In this document: piece by piece, positions 1-10,540 of the stretch
Numbering within the stretch: the first letter of the stretch is position 1
Layout: each line of letters opens with the position of its first letter
Assembly (NCBI GenBank): GCA_964644695.1
Contig: CAZXWN010000005.1
Location: 62,001-126,000 of the forward strand
DNA length: 64,000 nucleotides
Origin: an uncultured bacterium
GTDB taxonomy: Bacteria > UBP4 > UBA4092
Direction of reading: 5' to 3'
Made by a program: the position numbers and the translations under genes
The notes under the pieces: generated by a model
What the model saw: the letters and a program-made list of their open reading frames with translations, nothing else
Databases searched by the model: none
What the model was told of the DNA's origin: nothing

Positions 1-17
1 AATTACGGATTTATGAA

Positions 18-221
18 TTAGACTACTTTACAGACATTTTCCGCCTGCGGTCCTTTATCTGTTTCACCCACCTCATAATCAACCGTGTCACCTTCTTTCA
101 GGGTCTTATAACCATCTCCCTGAATCTTACTGTAGTGAACAAAGATATCTTTGCCCGCATCAGTAACAATAAAACCAAATCCTTTTTTGTTGTTAAACCA
201 TTTCACTTTACCTCTAGGCAT
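18..221 (-). CDS. cspA: Cold-shock domain protein
   Basis: MPRGKVKWFNNKKGFGFI...DIFVHYS (RNP1/RNP2 motifs). Start placed at ATG 221, behind SD TAAGGAGGTG, not at the longer track ORF start. Confidence 0.95.
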   Translation of the reverse strand: MPRGKVKWFNNKKGFGFIVTDAGKDIFVHYSKIQGDGYKTLKEGDTVDYEVGETDKGPQAENVCKVV

Positions 222-372
222 TACTCGTAGCACCTCCTTACGTCCCAACTTATGTAAATTATCCCTTAGGGGTTCCCAATAAAAAAACACAAGAACCGAC
301 AAAAAGCCATTCGATACCTTGCGTTAATGAAATCAATTATTGTTAGTACTCACTTTCCATAAATCTGACCAA

Positions 373-401
373 AAATTATCAAAGGTTCCTTAGATTGTCA
401 A
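373..401 (-). promoter_or_regulatory. Putative sigma70 promoter of csp gene (long 5' UTR)
   Basis: On the minus strand, TTGACA (401-396), then 17 nt, then TAATTT. This gives a ~145-nt leader, as is typical for csp genes. Confidence 0.5.
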
Positions 402-442
402 GAGATATTTGTAATTAACGATATTTTTTGTATAGAGTCCAA

Positions 443-2830
443 CTATTCTGTAGTTTGAATAGTCCATCGCCTTCCATCTGATATCAACTGGATTCCACCT
501 TGCAAATCCGTTCTAAACACCTTAATTCCATGGGTAGAAAGGCGAGATAGAGTCTCAGAATGTGGATGATGGAACAGGTTGTTTTTCCCCACTGAAATGA
601 CGGCAATATCAGGAGACACCTTATCAAGGAATTCATCGGTTGTACCCATCTTCGATCCATGATGCCCGATCTTTAATACATCTGATTTAAGATCCATATT
701 GGAAGATAGTAGTTCTGTTTCCCCATATCCTTCCAAATCACCAGTTAGCAAAACAGAGGTCTGGTTATATTTGATTTTCAAAACTAAGGATTGTTCATTA
801 TCAGTAAAAACAGAATTCTGTCCCTCGGGATTCAAGACAGTTATTTCCAAGGGTTCTAAACCACTAGCCTTATTTCCACAAATGGCCTGTTTTATTGGGA
901 TATTTTTTGACTGGCAAACAGACATAATACTTTTACAATACTCATTTGCACCATCAAGACTTCCATACCCTACCCACACCTCACGGACTGGAATCCACTT
1001 CAAAAGAGATATCAATCCTCCAACATGATCAGAGTCAAAATGCGTTATCATCAAAACATCCAGGGACCGAATCCCTAAACGCCTTAAATATGGAAGCAAT
1101 ATCATTCTCCCTGTATCTCTTGGTTTATCGGGACCCCCATCCACTAGTAACGTTTGATAGTTAGGTGTTTCAATCAAAAGACTATCGCCCTGGCCTACAT
1201 CCAGAACGGTCACTTTTAATTTCTTGCTTTCTAAAGATATTGGAATAACTAAAGCTATTGTAAAACATGTGAAGAGTACAAATGCCAATAGCCATTTTTT
1301 TCTGAGCTTAACATCAATTTCATCAATGTTTTTAGAAAATATCCATACGAAAACACCCATCAGAAAATAGTAAAAAACAGTCCATAACCAGTGCATATCA
1401 GGTATTGATATCCATGAAAAGGGGATAGACACAATAATTTCTGTCACCTTAGTCAGTAAGGATAATGCCAAATAATTACTTCCAGCTAATATCTTTGCGA
1501 GAAGAGGAAATATACCATACAGACAACCAGATATCAGACTGAGTGGTAATGATAAAGATATTATTGGAAGTGCAATCAGGTTGGTAATTAATGTAGCTAT
1601 TGACAGGTAATGAAAGGCATTAATCTGAATAGGTAATGTTCCCAGAGTTGCGGCTAAAGTCACACCGACAGTCCCCTTTAACCAAAGAGGGCCCTTTAAA
1701 TTCTCCATAATAATTGGGCCCAGACTTACAATACCTAAAACAGCCATAAAAGATAATTGGAATCCTGAATCCCACAACGCCATGGGATTTACCAAAAGAA
1801 TCACCCATCCAGCCAAACCCAGTGTTTGATAGGGATCAACATCTCTGCGTAATAAACGCCCCCCGATAAACAATAGAGTCCCCACGGTTGCTCTAGTCAC
1901 TGGGGCTGTCCATCCAACCATCCATGCATAAATCAAAATAGCAGGAACGGCCATTATCCAGGCAGTTCGTCGCTTGAAACCAATGCGTTTTATGCCAACA
2001 ATGACTAACCCGGCCAAAAGCATCAAATTGCCCCCACTGACAACCAATAAATGATAAATTCCACCATACATATAGTTATCAATGACGTTTTGAGGAATAT
2101 CAGATCGAATACCCAGGGCAACCCCATTTGCCAAATGATTATATGGTTCAGGAAGTATTTGATTATTAGAATCCATCAAATAACATCGTATTATTGATGC
2201 GACACGAATCCAATAATCCAGTGAGATAATGCTTGTTGGAATAATTACTTTCTCAAAGGTTGATCCTTTTGAGTATCCATTAACTGCAATATCATTCTGA
2301 AATAAATAGTCTTCGTATTTGAATTCACCAGGATTGCCAACACGATCAACAGGGTATACTGCTATTTTATTCTGTATCCATTCACCACAATGGTAACGAA
2401 CCACAAACGAAGGGGAAGACACAGTGATGAGTATTGAACCAAATATTTTCTGATAGCCTTGCGGTGTTTCTGCCCAAACCGGAGAAAGACGATATGTTCG
2501 TTTATTAGGTGTATCGAGAGTGTTTTCTACAATTCGACCATATACCCTATATACTTTCTTAATTCCATCAGGGTAGAACTGTTTATGTTGCGTTGTCCAT
2601 TGTTCACGGTGGAACTGATATTGAAATCCCCCTAGAGAGAATACTGTTACACCTACCAGGCATAATGCCAGGGGGCCAGTCCATTTGTTGTTTTTGAAAA
2701 AGGCTAAAGGTAATAAAATTACCAAAGAAAACGGAAACAACCATAAAAAATTCATTAAAATAGGAATTTGATGCCCCATCCAAATCCCCACCACATAAAT
2801 TAAAAACAAGGTTACCAGCGGTCGGCTCAT
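443..2830 (-). CDS. comEC: DNA internalization competence protein ComEC/Rec2
   Basis: HLLVVSGGN competence-domain motif, many TM helices, C-terminal MBL fold (DVGQGD, THFDSDHVGG, GHHGS, HPH). ATG at 2830 chosen as start. Confidence 0.93.
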   Translation of the reverse strand: MSRPLVTLFLIYVVGIWMGHQIPILMNFLWLFPFSLVILLPLAFFKNNKWTGPLALCLVGVTVFSLGGFQYQFHREQWTTQHKQFYPDGIKKVYRVYGRIVENTLDTPNKRTYRLSPVWAETPQGYQKIFGSILITVSSPSFVVRYHCGEWIQNKIAVYPVDRVGNPGEFKYEDYLFQNDIAVNGYSKGSTFEKVIIPTSIISLDYWIRVASIIRCYLMDSNNQILPEPYNHLANGVALGIRSDIPQNVIDNYMYGGIYHLLVVSGGNLMLLAGLVIVGIKRIGFKRRTAWIMAVPAILIYAWMVGWTAPVTRATVGTLLFIGGRLLRRDVDPYQTLGLAGWVILLVNPMALWDSGFQLSFMAVLGIVSLGPIIMENLKGPLWLKGTVGVTLAATLGTLPIQINAFHYLSIATLITNLIALPIISLSLPLSLISGCLYGIFPLLAKILAGSNYLALSLLTKVTEIIVSIPFSWISIPDMHWLWTVFYYFLMGVFVWIFSKNIDEIDVKLRKKWLLAFVLFTCFTIALVIPISLESKKLKVTVLDVGQGDSLLIETPNYQTLLVDGGPDKPRDTGRMILLPYLRRLGIRSLDVLMITHFDSDHVGGLISLLKWIPVREVWVGYGSLDGANEYCKSIMSVCQSKNIPIKQAICGNKASGLEPLEITVLNPEGQNSVFTDNEQSLVLKIKYNQTSVLLTGDLEGYGETELLSSNMDLKSDVLKIGHHGSKMGTTDEFLDKVSPDIAVISVGKNNLFHHPHSETLSRLSTHGIKVFRTDLQGGIQLISDGRRWTIQTTE

Positions 2831-2861
2831 GCGGTCATTATATATTACGCCGTCTAAAAAC

Positions 2862-2889
2862 AAAAAACCGGAGCATATTACACTCCGGT
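2862..2889 (-). terminator. Intrinsic terminator
   Basis: ACCGGAG/CTCCGGT stem followed by a T-run on the minus strand, downstream of 2915..3592. Confidence 0.65.
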
Positions 2890-2914
2890 CTCTTTCATAA
2901 CGGTTTAAAACTGA

Positions 2915-3592
2915 TTATCGCTTTAGTAATTTCTGACTACCAGACGCACTGGGATTTTTGGGTAATTGCTTGGCATCAATATCACTCTGGAGTTGGTAAA
3001 ACACTTCCTTAAGAGCAACCCCCAGAGTCCGGATAGAACCCTTTGCATAATTACTCATACGGGCTTGTTCCTGCTCAGCTGAAGTATTATACACAACATT
3101 CATATAATCCCGACCATATCGGTCTCGTATAATAACTCTAATAGAAGCAGACCCTTTTGCAACTTTGGGAATAAACCACCGGCGAACCGCCCCATCCTCA
3201 TCATCGGCCTTTTCCTGAACACCCCCATATAGTGAGAGAATTTCAAGAGTAATTCTGTAATCCATCGTTTCTGAGTTTGCTTGAGCCAGCGTCATCATAC
3301 CGGTCTTCTGCATTTCACGAATCAGGATTTCCCTAACCATGGAATCCATAGGACGGGAGAAATATCCATCCACAGCCTGTTCTTCCAATAATCCGCCCTT
3401 ACGTTCCACTTCAGGTCGGATATCTTTAACTTCAATGTTCAACATTAAACCACGCACATGTTGGACGGTATAATCATTGTAAGTATAGATATCTTTTTGA
3501 TTAACAAAATTATACGGGCCCCCTTCTGCCAAGGCAGAAGTTGTCATCAACATCAGGATGAGTCCAGTAAATATAATTATTCGCCAAATCAT
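2915..3592 (-). CDS. Exported hypothetical protein (possibly YajG-like)
   Basis: 225-aa ORF, Sec signal peptide ending ...SALA, SD GGGGAGGT upstream. Confidence 0.7.
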   Translation of the reverse strand: MIWRIIIFTGLILMLMTTSALAEGGPYNFVNQKDIYTYNDYTVQHVRGLMLNIEVKDIRPEVERKGGLLEEQAVDGYFSRPMDSMVREILIREMQKTGMMTLAQANSETMDYRITLEILSLYGGVQEKADDEDGAVRRWFIPKVAKGSASIRVIIRDRYGRDYMNVVYNTSAEQEQARMSNYAKGSIRTLGVALKEVFYQLQSDIDAKQLPKNPSASGSQKLLKR

Positions 3593-3761
3593 ATAAGCAT
3601 CTACCTCCCCGCTTAATTTAGCGGATTTCCTATCTTAACATAGGGTAATATCACTTCTCAGGGTCTTTTAGTTGACTTATCGTGGCAATTTGATTTTGAC
3701 GACAGGTAGGGGACAGTGTTATAAATAGACTGCAAATCCACTATAGAACGGGGAATGCACT

Positions 3762-4478
3762 GTGATAAACATAAGAGATTTATTACCCTTGCAAGAGATA
3801 GATAACTCACTACTTCGGATTCAAAAAGAACTCGATGACCTACCGAGACAGGCAACCCTTCATAAAGCTAAACTCAACCTTCTCAATGAAGAAAAAAAGA
3901 AATTAGATCTGGATATTACTCAATTCACCAAAGATAAACATGCGCGGGAACTTGAGCTAAAAACCAAAGAAGAAGAAATCAGAAAACTCCAGGGCCAGCA
4001 GTTCACCGTAAAATCTAATGAATTGTATGCGGCCATACTCGCCGATATTGCAAAACATCAAAAGAATATATCTATCCTGGAAGACCAGGTTCTCAGTTCC
4101 ATGGACACACTAGAATCCCTCCAAACGAAACTCCAACAGTTAAAAAAATCCATTCAGGATGAAGAAGTAAAATACAAAAAAGTTGAAGAACGATTAGAAC
4201 AGGAAAAATCCCGATTATCCCAGTTACTTGAGGAAACAAAGAAAGAACGGGAATCAATGAGGTCTGCATTATCTCCCGATCTGATGCGTAATTACGACCG
4301 GATTATTAAACGGTTTCCAGGACATGCTGTTGTCCCGGTTCAAGGAAATTCCTGTGGAGGTTGTTCCATTCATTTAGCGGACACTATTATTAGTAAAACC
4401 CGAAGACAAGAAAATCTCATATATTGCGAGAATTGTGGACGACTTCTATTCTATAATGAGGAAACACAGGTACTTTAA
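3762..4478 (+). CDS. Coiled-coil + C4 zinc-ribbon protein (DUF164, CT398/HP0958-like)
   Basis: Long coiled coil followed by CGGC...CENCGRLL. Confidence 0.88.
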   Translation: MINIRDLLPLQEIDNSLLRIQKELDDLPRQATLHKAKLNLLNEEKKKLDLDITQFTKDKHARELELKTKEEEIRKLQGQQFTVKSNELYAAILADIAKHQKNISILEDQVLSSMDTLESLQTKLQQLKKSIQDEEVKYKKVEERLEQEKSRLSQLLEETKKERESMRSALSPDLMRNYDRIIKRFPGHAVVPVQGNSCGGCSIHLADTIISKTRRQENLIYCENCGRLLFYNEETQVL

Positions 4479-4490
4479 TCTAATTCAGGG

Positions 4491-6056
4491 ATGAGGACAC
4501 CTATGAAATTAGGGGAAATATTAATAAAGTACAATCTTATCAATCAAGAGCAATTGGACCAGGCACTAGAACTACAAAAGTTGTCTGGAAAAAAATTAGG
4601 CACCGTACTTCTTCAGCATGGGTGGGTCACTGAAGATGATATGAATTACTCTCTCAGCCAGCAATTGGACATTCCCTATGTCCATATGACTTTCGATATG
4701 GTTGACCAGGATTTAGTCAATCTGTTTCCTTCGGGTATGCTGAGCAGTTTGGGCGTACTGCCACTTCATAAAAAGGATAACGAGTTAACGATAGCTACTT
4801 CGGACCCAACAGATACTGAAGCATTAAATCAAATCGCCAAAACAATTAATTGCACTGTTATTCCAGCTCTGGCAAAAACATCAGAAATAAGAACCATATT
4901 AGATACTTTATTTGGAATTGTTGCCGTCAGACCGCAATCTGCCAAACCTCAAAACATGGATAGTCTTTGCCGGCCTTTATTGGAATCTGCACTTCAGTCC
5001 GGTGCAACCCATATCGACATCTACAGCGTCAATGATAATCCACAAATAGCTTTCTCCTATGATGGAAATAATTGTGGCCAATCTGCAATTCCGGGCAGCA
5101 AATACCGAGACATTGTGGAAAAGCTCTCTTCGCTAAACGCCATCGTCCTAGCAAGTAAAAACAATGCCTTCCCCCATTACTTTTCGTTCCAGCATAAAGA
5201 CCTGTTCACAGTCAAGATATTCGCTATTGAAACAGGGTCAAATATACGAATTGCTCTCGACATCTATCCACCAGTAAAAACACTGGATCAGATTAAAGTG
5301 ACCAATCTATCGGATATTGTTGAGTCAGATATTCACAAACTGATTGCGCAAAAAAGTCGCGGAATAGTATTAGTTTCCGCAACAGACCCTGCTTCAAGAA
5401 TGAACATTGGGTACTATATTCTGCAATTATTTAAAAAAGCAGGCACATCTATTGGAACCATCGAGTCGGTTCAAACAGTAAAAGAGGAATCTTTCCTCCA
5501 GATCAATCTTAGTAGTTCGATTAATATCTCTGAGAATCAGGCATTCCAATATATGGCAGATATGGGGATTGAGGTTATCTTATATGACAGTTCAGAAAAA
5601 ACACCTCAATGGACAACAATCCTTCAGGCTGTCTACCGGGGAGCATTAATCATCGTACTTCTTCCATGCCGTGATGCAGAAGAAACACTGCATTGCCTTG
5701 AAATGGATGCCCTGAACAGCGAATCTGTTTATTACAATTTACGAAGTGCTATTGCCTCAGCACAGATACCTGTTTTGTGTGGACAGTGTCAGGTATTTGA
5801 TAAACATAATCATCCCATCAAGGGCCCTGGCTGTACCCAATGTAAACAGACGGGATACAAAGAATATCAGACTTTTTATGAAGTAATCACACAACGAATG
5901 ATATCCACACCAGGCATGAATTTAAAACAGACCATTCAAGATTTGAACCATATACCCAACTTTATTTCTATCCGGCAACAAACAGATTCATTACAACAAC
6001 AAGGTCTGGTCAGTTTGGATGACATTATCCGTAAACTGGGAGTTCCGCGTCGGTAA
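4491..6056 (+). CDS. PilB/GspE-like protein with N-terminal MshEN domain and degenerate ATPase domain
   Basis: KLGEIL...LDQALELQ...KKLGTVL MshEN repeats, SDP motif, CxxC..CxxC zinc motif. No recognisable Walker A/B. Confidence 0.8.
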   Translation: MRTPMKLGEILIKYNLINQEQLDQALELQKLSGKKLGTVLLQHGWVTEDDMNYSLSQQLDIPYVHMTFDMVDQDLVNLFPSGMLSSLGVLPLHKKDNELTIATSDPTDTEALNQIAKTINCTVIPALAKTSEIRTILDTLFGIVAVRPQSAKPQNMDSLCRPLLESALQSGATHIDIYSVNDNPQIAFSYDGNNCGQSAIPGSKYRDIVEKLSSLNAIVLASKNNAFPHYFSFQHKDLFTVKIFAIETGSNIRIALDIYPPVKTLDQIKVTNLSDIVESDIHKLIAQKSRGIVLVSATDPASRMNIGYYILQLFKKAGTSIGTIESVQTVKEESFLQINLSSSINISENQAFQYMADMGIEVILYDSSEKTPQWTTILQAVYRGALIIVLLPCRDAEETLHCLEMDALNSESVYYNLRSAIASAQIPVLCGQCQVFDKHNHPIKGPGCTQCKQTGYKEYQTFYEVITQRMISTPGMNLKQTIQDLNHIPNFISIRQQTDSLQQQGLVSLDDIIRKLGVPRR

Positions 6057-6096
6057 AAACCAACTCAGATTATTACTTTACTTTTGAGAGGTCAAA

Positions 6097-7155
6097 GTGG
6101 ACATTTACTCTTTACTAAAACAAGTCATTGAGACGAAAGGTTCTGATTTACATCTATCGGCGGGTTCTGTACCAATGATTCGTGTCCATGGTGATTTACA
6201 AGCGGTGTCCGATGAGATATTAACACCAGAGGCTCTGCATACGATGTTGTTCAGTATTATTAATGAAGAACAACAGCGCAAGTATAAAGAAACACTAGAG
6301 TTGGATTTATCTATTGAACCCGAAAATATTTCACGATTCCGAGTCAATATGTTTCACCAACGCCGTGGTGAAGGGGCTGTTTTCCGTGTTATCCCTACCC
6401 GAATCAAAACCATTGAAGAATTAGGGCTTCCGCCAGCACTTCGATATTTTCTCTCATTAAAACGAGGGCTTGTTTTAGTCACCGGCCCAACAGGGTCCGG
6501 CAAATCAACTTCATTAGCAGCGTTGATTGATGAACTCAACCGGACACGACATGAACATATCATCACGATTGAAGACCCTATTGAATTTGTTCATCATAAT
6601 CAATATTGCATGGTAAACCAACGTGAGGTTTCTTCCCACACCTATTCTTTTGCCAATGCACTTAAAGCCGCACTTCGTGAAGACCCGGATATCATTCTGG
6701 TCGGTGAAATGCGAGACCTTGAAACGACCCAGTTAGCAATCACTGCCGCCGAAACAGGCCACTTGGTTTTTGCCACCCTACACACCAGTTCGGCGGCAAG
6801 TACGGTTGACCGTATTATTGATATTTTCCCGCCACACCAGCAATCTCAAATCCGGACCCAGCTGGGAAATTCACTGGTCGGCGTTGTTTGTCAGGCACTG
6901 GTTCCGCGTGTAGATCAGGAAGGCCGGGTGTGTGCAATGGAAATCATGTTTGGAACACCGGCAATCAGAGCCCAGATTCGAGAGGGGAAAACCCACCAAA
7001 TCAACTCCATGATTCAAACCAGTGGAAAAATGGGAATGCAGACATTAGAACAATGTCTTAAAGCGTTGGTTATGGATGGTGTCATCAGAGGCCAAGATGC
7101 TTATGAGTTTGCCAGTAACAAGGAAGCTTTTGCCCAATATGCCCCGGCAGGATAA
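6097..7155 (+). CDS. pilT: Type IV pilus retraction ATPase PilT
   Basis: SDLHL, GPTGSGKST, TIEDPIE, LREDPDIILVGEMRD, ETGHLVFATLH, AIRAQIRE (AIRNLIRE-like). Confidence 0.96.
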   Translation: MDIYSLLKQVIETKGSDLHLSAGSVPMIRVHGDLQAVSDEILTPEALHTMLFSIINEEQQRKYKETLELDLSIEPENISRFRVNMFHQRRGEGAVFRVIPTRIKTIEELGLPPALRYFLSLKRGLVLVTGPTGSGKSTSLAALIDELNRTRHEHIITIEDPIEFVHHNQYCMVNQREVSSHTYSFANALKAALREDPDIILVGEMRDLETTQLAITAAETGHLVFATLHTSSAASTVDRIIDIFPPHQQSQIRTQLGNSLVGVVCQALVPRVDQEGRVCAMEIMFGTPAIRAQIREGKTHQINSMIQTSGKMGMQTLEQCLKALVMDGVIRGQDAYEFASNKEAFAQYAPAG

Positions 7156-7177
7156 ATAGTTCTCTGAGAAAAAAGTT

Positions 7178-7207
7178 AAGCCGTTGTTTAATAAACAACG
7201 GCTTTTT
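7178..7207. terminator. Terminator between convergent genes
   Basis: AAGCCGTTGTTTA/TAAACAACGGCTT inverted repeat followed by a T-run. Confidence 0.7.
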
Positions 7208-7622
7208 ATTTACCGGATTGGTATTCCAGTTTGACAGATTTCCAATTCTTAGGTTTACCAGAGTATTTATTCAGCTGGATTTCCATTAATAAATCATTGA
7301 GGTGTTTCGAAAATTTCTCCATATCTAAACCCTCATAATTTCCTGGATAATGGGAAAAAATATCCAGTGCCGAATTTATCAGATGGACCGCTGAATCCAT
7401 ACGATCTTCCTGAAGATGATGTAATGCACCGGCGGACTGGATAAGACCTCTAATAAACCGTTCTTTTTGCCCATAAGTCTTTTTCCAGGGAATCTCCCAC
7501 GAAAGCAGGGCATTCTTGTATTGTCCCGTATTAAACAATTCAACCCCACGGGCATAAACATCCTTGTCAATCACAGGAGTCTTCTTATGAAGCTGGTTCC
7601 AATATTGATTTAATATCCTCAT
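7206..7622 (-). CDS. DUF309 family protein
   Basis: GVELFNTGQY...WE...GLIQ..A.LHH pattern. Confidence 0.75.
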   Translation of the reverse strand: MRILNQYWNQLHKKTPVIDKDVYARGVELFNTGQYKNALLSWEIPWKKTYGQKERFIRGLIQSAGALHHLQEDRMDSAVHLINSALDIFSHYPGNYEGLDMEKFSKHLNDLLMEIQLNKYSGKPKNWKSVKLEYQSGK

Positions 7623-7739
7623 AATTTGATTCTAGACCATAAGTTAGAAGGAAACTAACTGAATGACTCTTTTGTTTTGATATGTAGAACCTTATGACAT
7701 AATTGCTTTACCGGCGTTACTTGTATAAATGGAGGATCC

Positions 7740-9236
7740 ATGAAATCTCTGGCAAAAACATTAGGTGAATTAAAAAAATCCAAATATGAAGTCATCCCCG
7801 TCAAAGAAGAAATGAGACGGAATTTGATTCAAATGGTTAAAAATGGAGACCCCCTGTTTCCAGGTATTATCGGGTATGACAAAACGGTTATCCCGGCACT
7901 ACGGAATGCCATATTATCCCGGCATGACTTTATTTTGCTGGGGCTTAGAGGACAGGCAAAATCCCGTATTCTGCGCCAATTAATCCGTTTTCTGGATGAA
8001 TATATCCCCGCAATAGAAGGATGTCCAATCCATGACAATCCCTATTCACCCTTCTGTAAGGCCTGCCGGATAAAACTTGAAAACATGGGACCGGAAACCC
8101 CCATCGTATGGATTCATCGAGACCAGAGATATCAGGAAAAACTGGCCACGCCGGATGTAACTATTTCTGATTTGATTGGAGATATTGACCCCATCAAGGC
8201 AGCCAGCCATAAACTGTCTTACTCGGATGAAGAAGTCATTCACTTCGGAATCATTCCTCGTTCAAATCGAGGAATATTTGCCATCAATGAACTCCCGGAC
8301 TTGCCCCCAAGAATCCAGGTTGGTTTGTTAAATATTATGGAAGAAAAAGATATTCAGGTTCGAGGATTTCCCATACGGATCCCATTGGATATCTGTATGG
8401 TTTACTCCGCAAATCCGGAAGATTATACCAATCGTGGGAATATCATCACTCCCCTGAAAGACCGGATTGATTCGCAAATAATGACCCATTACCCTGAGCA
8501 CCTGAAAGACGCCATGAACATTACTTCCCAGGAAGCATGGATTGACCGAAACAATAATCAAACAATGTATATGCCTCAGTGGTACAGAGAAATTATTGAA
8601 ATGGTCGCCTTCGCTGCCAGAAAATCGGAGTATGTGGATCAGAAATCAGGCGTTTCAGCCCGAGCTACGATTAATCTGTTAGAAAATGTTGTCAGTAATA
8701 TGGAATATCGGAGTTTCCTGACCGGAGATGAAATCCAGATACCCCGACTTTGTGATTTATTGACAGCGCTTACCGCCGTTACCGGAAAAATCGAACTAGT
8801 GTATGAGGGTGAACAGGAAGGCGTTGTTCTGGTTGCCCGAAAAATAATAGGTCAGGCAATTAAAAATATCTTCAAAAATTATTATCCCTCCCCTTCCGGA
8901 AAGAAGGCACGAGAAGGAATTCGTGAACCTGAACCCGATTCACCTTATCAATCCATTCTGGACTGGTTTTCAGCCGGAGGGATACTTGACCTGAATGACC
9001 AGTTGAATAATGAAGAGTACTTTAAAACTCTGGACCAGGTCACGGGCCTCCGCCAATTAGCTCAGGAGAAAACCAATACCACCACACCGGAGGAACTGGC
9101 ACTTTCCATGGAATTTATTCTCGAGGGACTGCATCAGTTTTCCATGCTCAGCAAGAGAGATACTGACAGTACGACATCTTATCAGGACATGTTGAAAGCC
9201 ATGCTGGATCAGATTCCAAACGAGTCTGGAGATTAA
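7740..9236 (+). CDS. Mg-chelatase-like AAA+ ATPase (Rv0958-like)
   Basis: GLRGQAKS Walker A, NRGIFAINELPDL, SANPEDYTNRG. Paired with the downstream VWA gene. Confidence 0.88.
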   Translation: MKSLAKTLGELKKSKYEVIPVKEEMRRNLIQMVKNGDPLFPGIIGYDKTVIPALRNAILSRHDFILLGLRGQAKSRILRQLIRFLDEYIPAIEGCPIHDNPYSPFCKACRIKLENMGPETPIVWIHRDQRYQEKLATPDVTISDLIGDIDPIKAASHKLSYSDEEVIHFGIIPRSNRGIFAINELPDLPPRIQVGLLNIMEEKDIQVRGFPIRIPLDICMVYSANPEDYTNRGNIITPLKDRIDSQIMTHYPEHLKDAMNITSQEAWIDRNNNQTMYMPQWYREIIEMVAFAARKSEYVDQKSGVSARATINLLENVVSNMEYRSFLTGDEIQIPRLCDLLTALTAVTGKIELVYEGEQEGVVLVARKIIGQAIKNIFKNYYPSPSGKKAREGIREPEPDSPYQSILDWFSAGGILDLNDQLNNEEYFKTLDQVTGLRQLAQEKTNTTTPEELALSMEFILEGLHQFSMLSKRDTDSTTSYQDMLKAMLDQIPNESGD

Positions 9237-9246
9237 GGATTATTCC

Positions 9247-10332
9247 ATGAACTGGCGTTACTCTAAATGGGATGATTCATACAAATTATTAAAAGACCTG
9301 AATTCACTAAGGTCTTTGTTTAATTATTTACTGCTTCAATCCAATGGAGATGTATTAGAAGTCATCCAATGGATGAAATATCTACAAAAACGAAACTTCA
9401 TTAATTCTGAACTGAATCTGGATAATTTTCTGGATGAACTTATTCATAAGCAACTCATCCTCCAGGAAGGTGAAGGATTCAAGCTCACAGCAAAAGGTGA
9501 ACATCAGCTTCGGCAGGATTCACTGGCACTGGTTTTTGGAAATCTTCGTAAATCCGGATTGGGGACTCACCGTGTTCCGTACGCTGGAGAAGGTGGGGAA
9601 CCTCTGACTGAAACCAGGCCTTACATCTTTGGTGATGATATAAATGACATTGACCCTATGGGGACACTCCATAACGCATTGATGAGGTCCGGCATTGAAG
9701 ATATTTCTATTTCGGAAGAAGATGTCGAAGTTTACGAAAGAGAACATCTCACTGATTGTGCAACAGTATTATTGATTGATATCAGTCATTCCATGATTAT
9801 TTATGGTGAAGACCGAATCACACCGGCTAAACAAGTAGCCCTTGCTTTAACAGAACTCATTCTGACCCGGTTTCCGAAAGATAAACTCCATATTGTTGTC
9901 TTTGGAGATGATGCCTACGAAATCACAATAAAAGACCTTCCTTACCTGACTGTCGGTCCTTACCACACAAATACAAAGGCAGGATTACAACTGGCGCAAG
10001 TCCTGCTCCGAAGACTTAAATATCTTAATAAACAGATATTTATGATTACCGATGGAAAACCTTCTGCCATCTTTGACCAGGGGAAACTCTATAAAAATCC
10101 ATACGGATTGGACCCCAAAATTGTTAATCAAACTTTAGAAGAAGCCTCTATCTGCCGTAGAAATAAAATCACAGTCACAACTTTTATGGTGACTCAAGAC
10201 CCTTATCTGGTGGAATTCGTAGATAACTTCACAAAAATCAATCATGGAAGAGCCTACTATACTTCGCCCCAGACCCTGGGTGAGTATATTTTTGTTGATT
10301 ACATGAAAAATCGAAAAAGACACCTCTCGTAA
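9247..10332 (+). CDS. VWA domain protein (partner of AAA+ ATPase)
   Basis: MIDAS motif DISHSM, TNT, MITDGKPSA. Confidence 0.88.
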   Translation: MNWRYSKWDDSYKLLKDLNSLRSLFNYLLLQSNGDVLEVIQWMKYLQKRNFINSELNLDNFLDELIHKQLILQEGEGFKLTAKGEHQLRQDSLALVFGNLRKSGLGTHRVPYAGEGGEPLTETRPYIFGDDINDIDPMGTLHNALMRSGIEDISISEEDVEVYEREHLTDCATVLLIDISHSMIIYGEDRITPAKQVALALTELILTRFPKDKLHIVVFGDDAYEITIKDLPYLTVGPYHTNTKAGLQLAQVLLRRLKYLNKQIFMITDGKPSAIFDQGKLYKNPYGLDPKIVNQTLEEASICRRNKITVTTFMVTQDPYLVEFVDNFTKINHGRAYYTSPQTLGEYIFVDYMKNRKRHLS

Positions 10333-10366
10333 TTCTATATTTCCCCCCTCAAAACCCAGCCTTTTT

Positions 10367-10412
10367 CGAATCATCCACGGACCTGCTCCGAGTAACTCCG
10401 TGGATGACTCGT
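10367..10412. repeat. REP-like imperfect palindrome, copy 1
   Basis: CGAATCATCCACGGACCTGCTCCGAGTAACTCCGTGGATGACTCGT; 41/46 identical to the reverse complement of 51629..51674. Confidence 0.8.
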
Positions 10413-10442
10413 CAGTTTGTGCAATCTCTGATAAATATGGAT

Positions 10443-10474
10443 AAAAAAAGCGGCAAGATGTTATCTTGCCGCTT
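10443..10474 (-). terminator. Intrinsic terminator
   Basis: AAGCGGCAAGAT/ATCTTGCCGCTT perfect stem with a T-run on the minus strand, downstream of 10541..10915. Confidence 0.75.
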
Positions 10475-10540
10475 ATCTGCTTATCGCTCTTGTAACATTA
10501 TTTATTTTTGGGTTATTGGTTACAATCTCAGGTTATTTTT

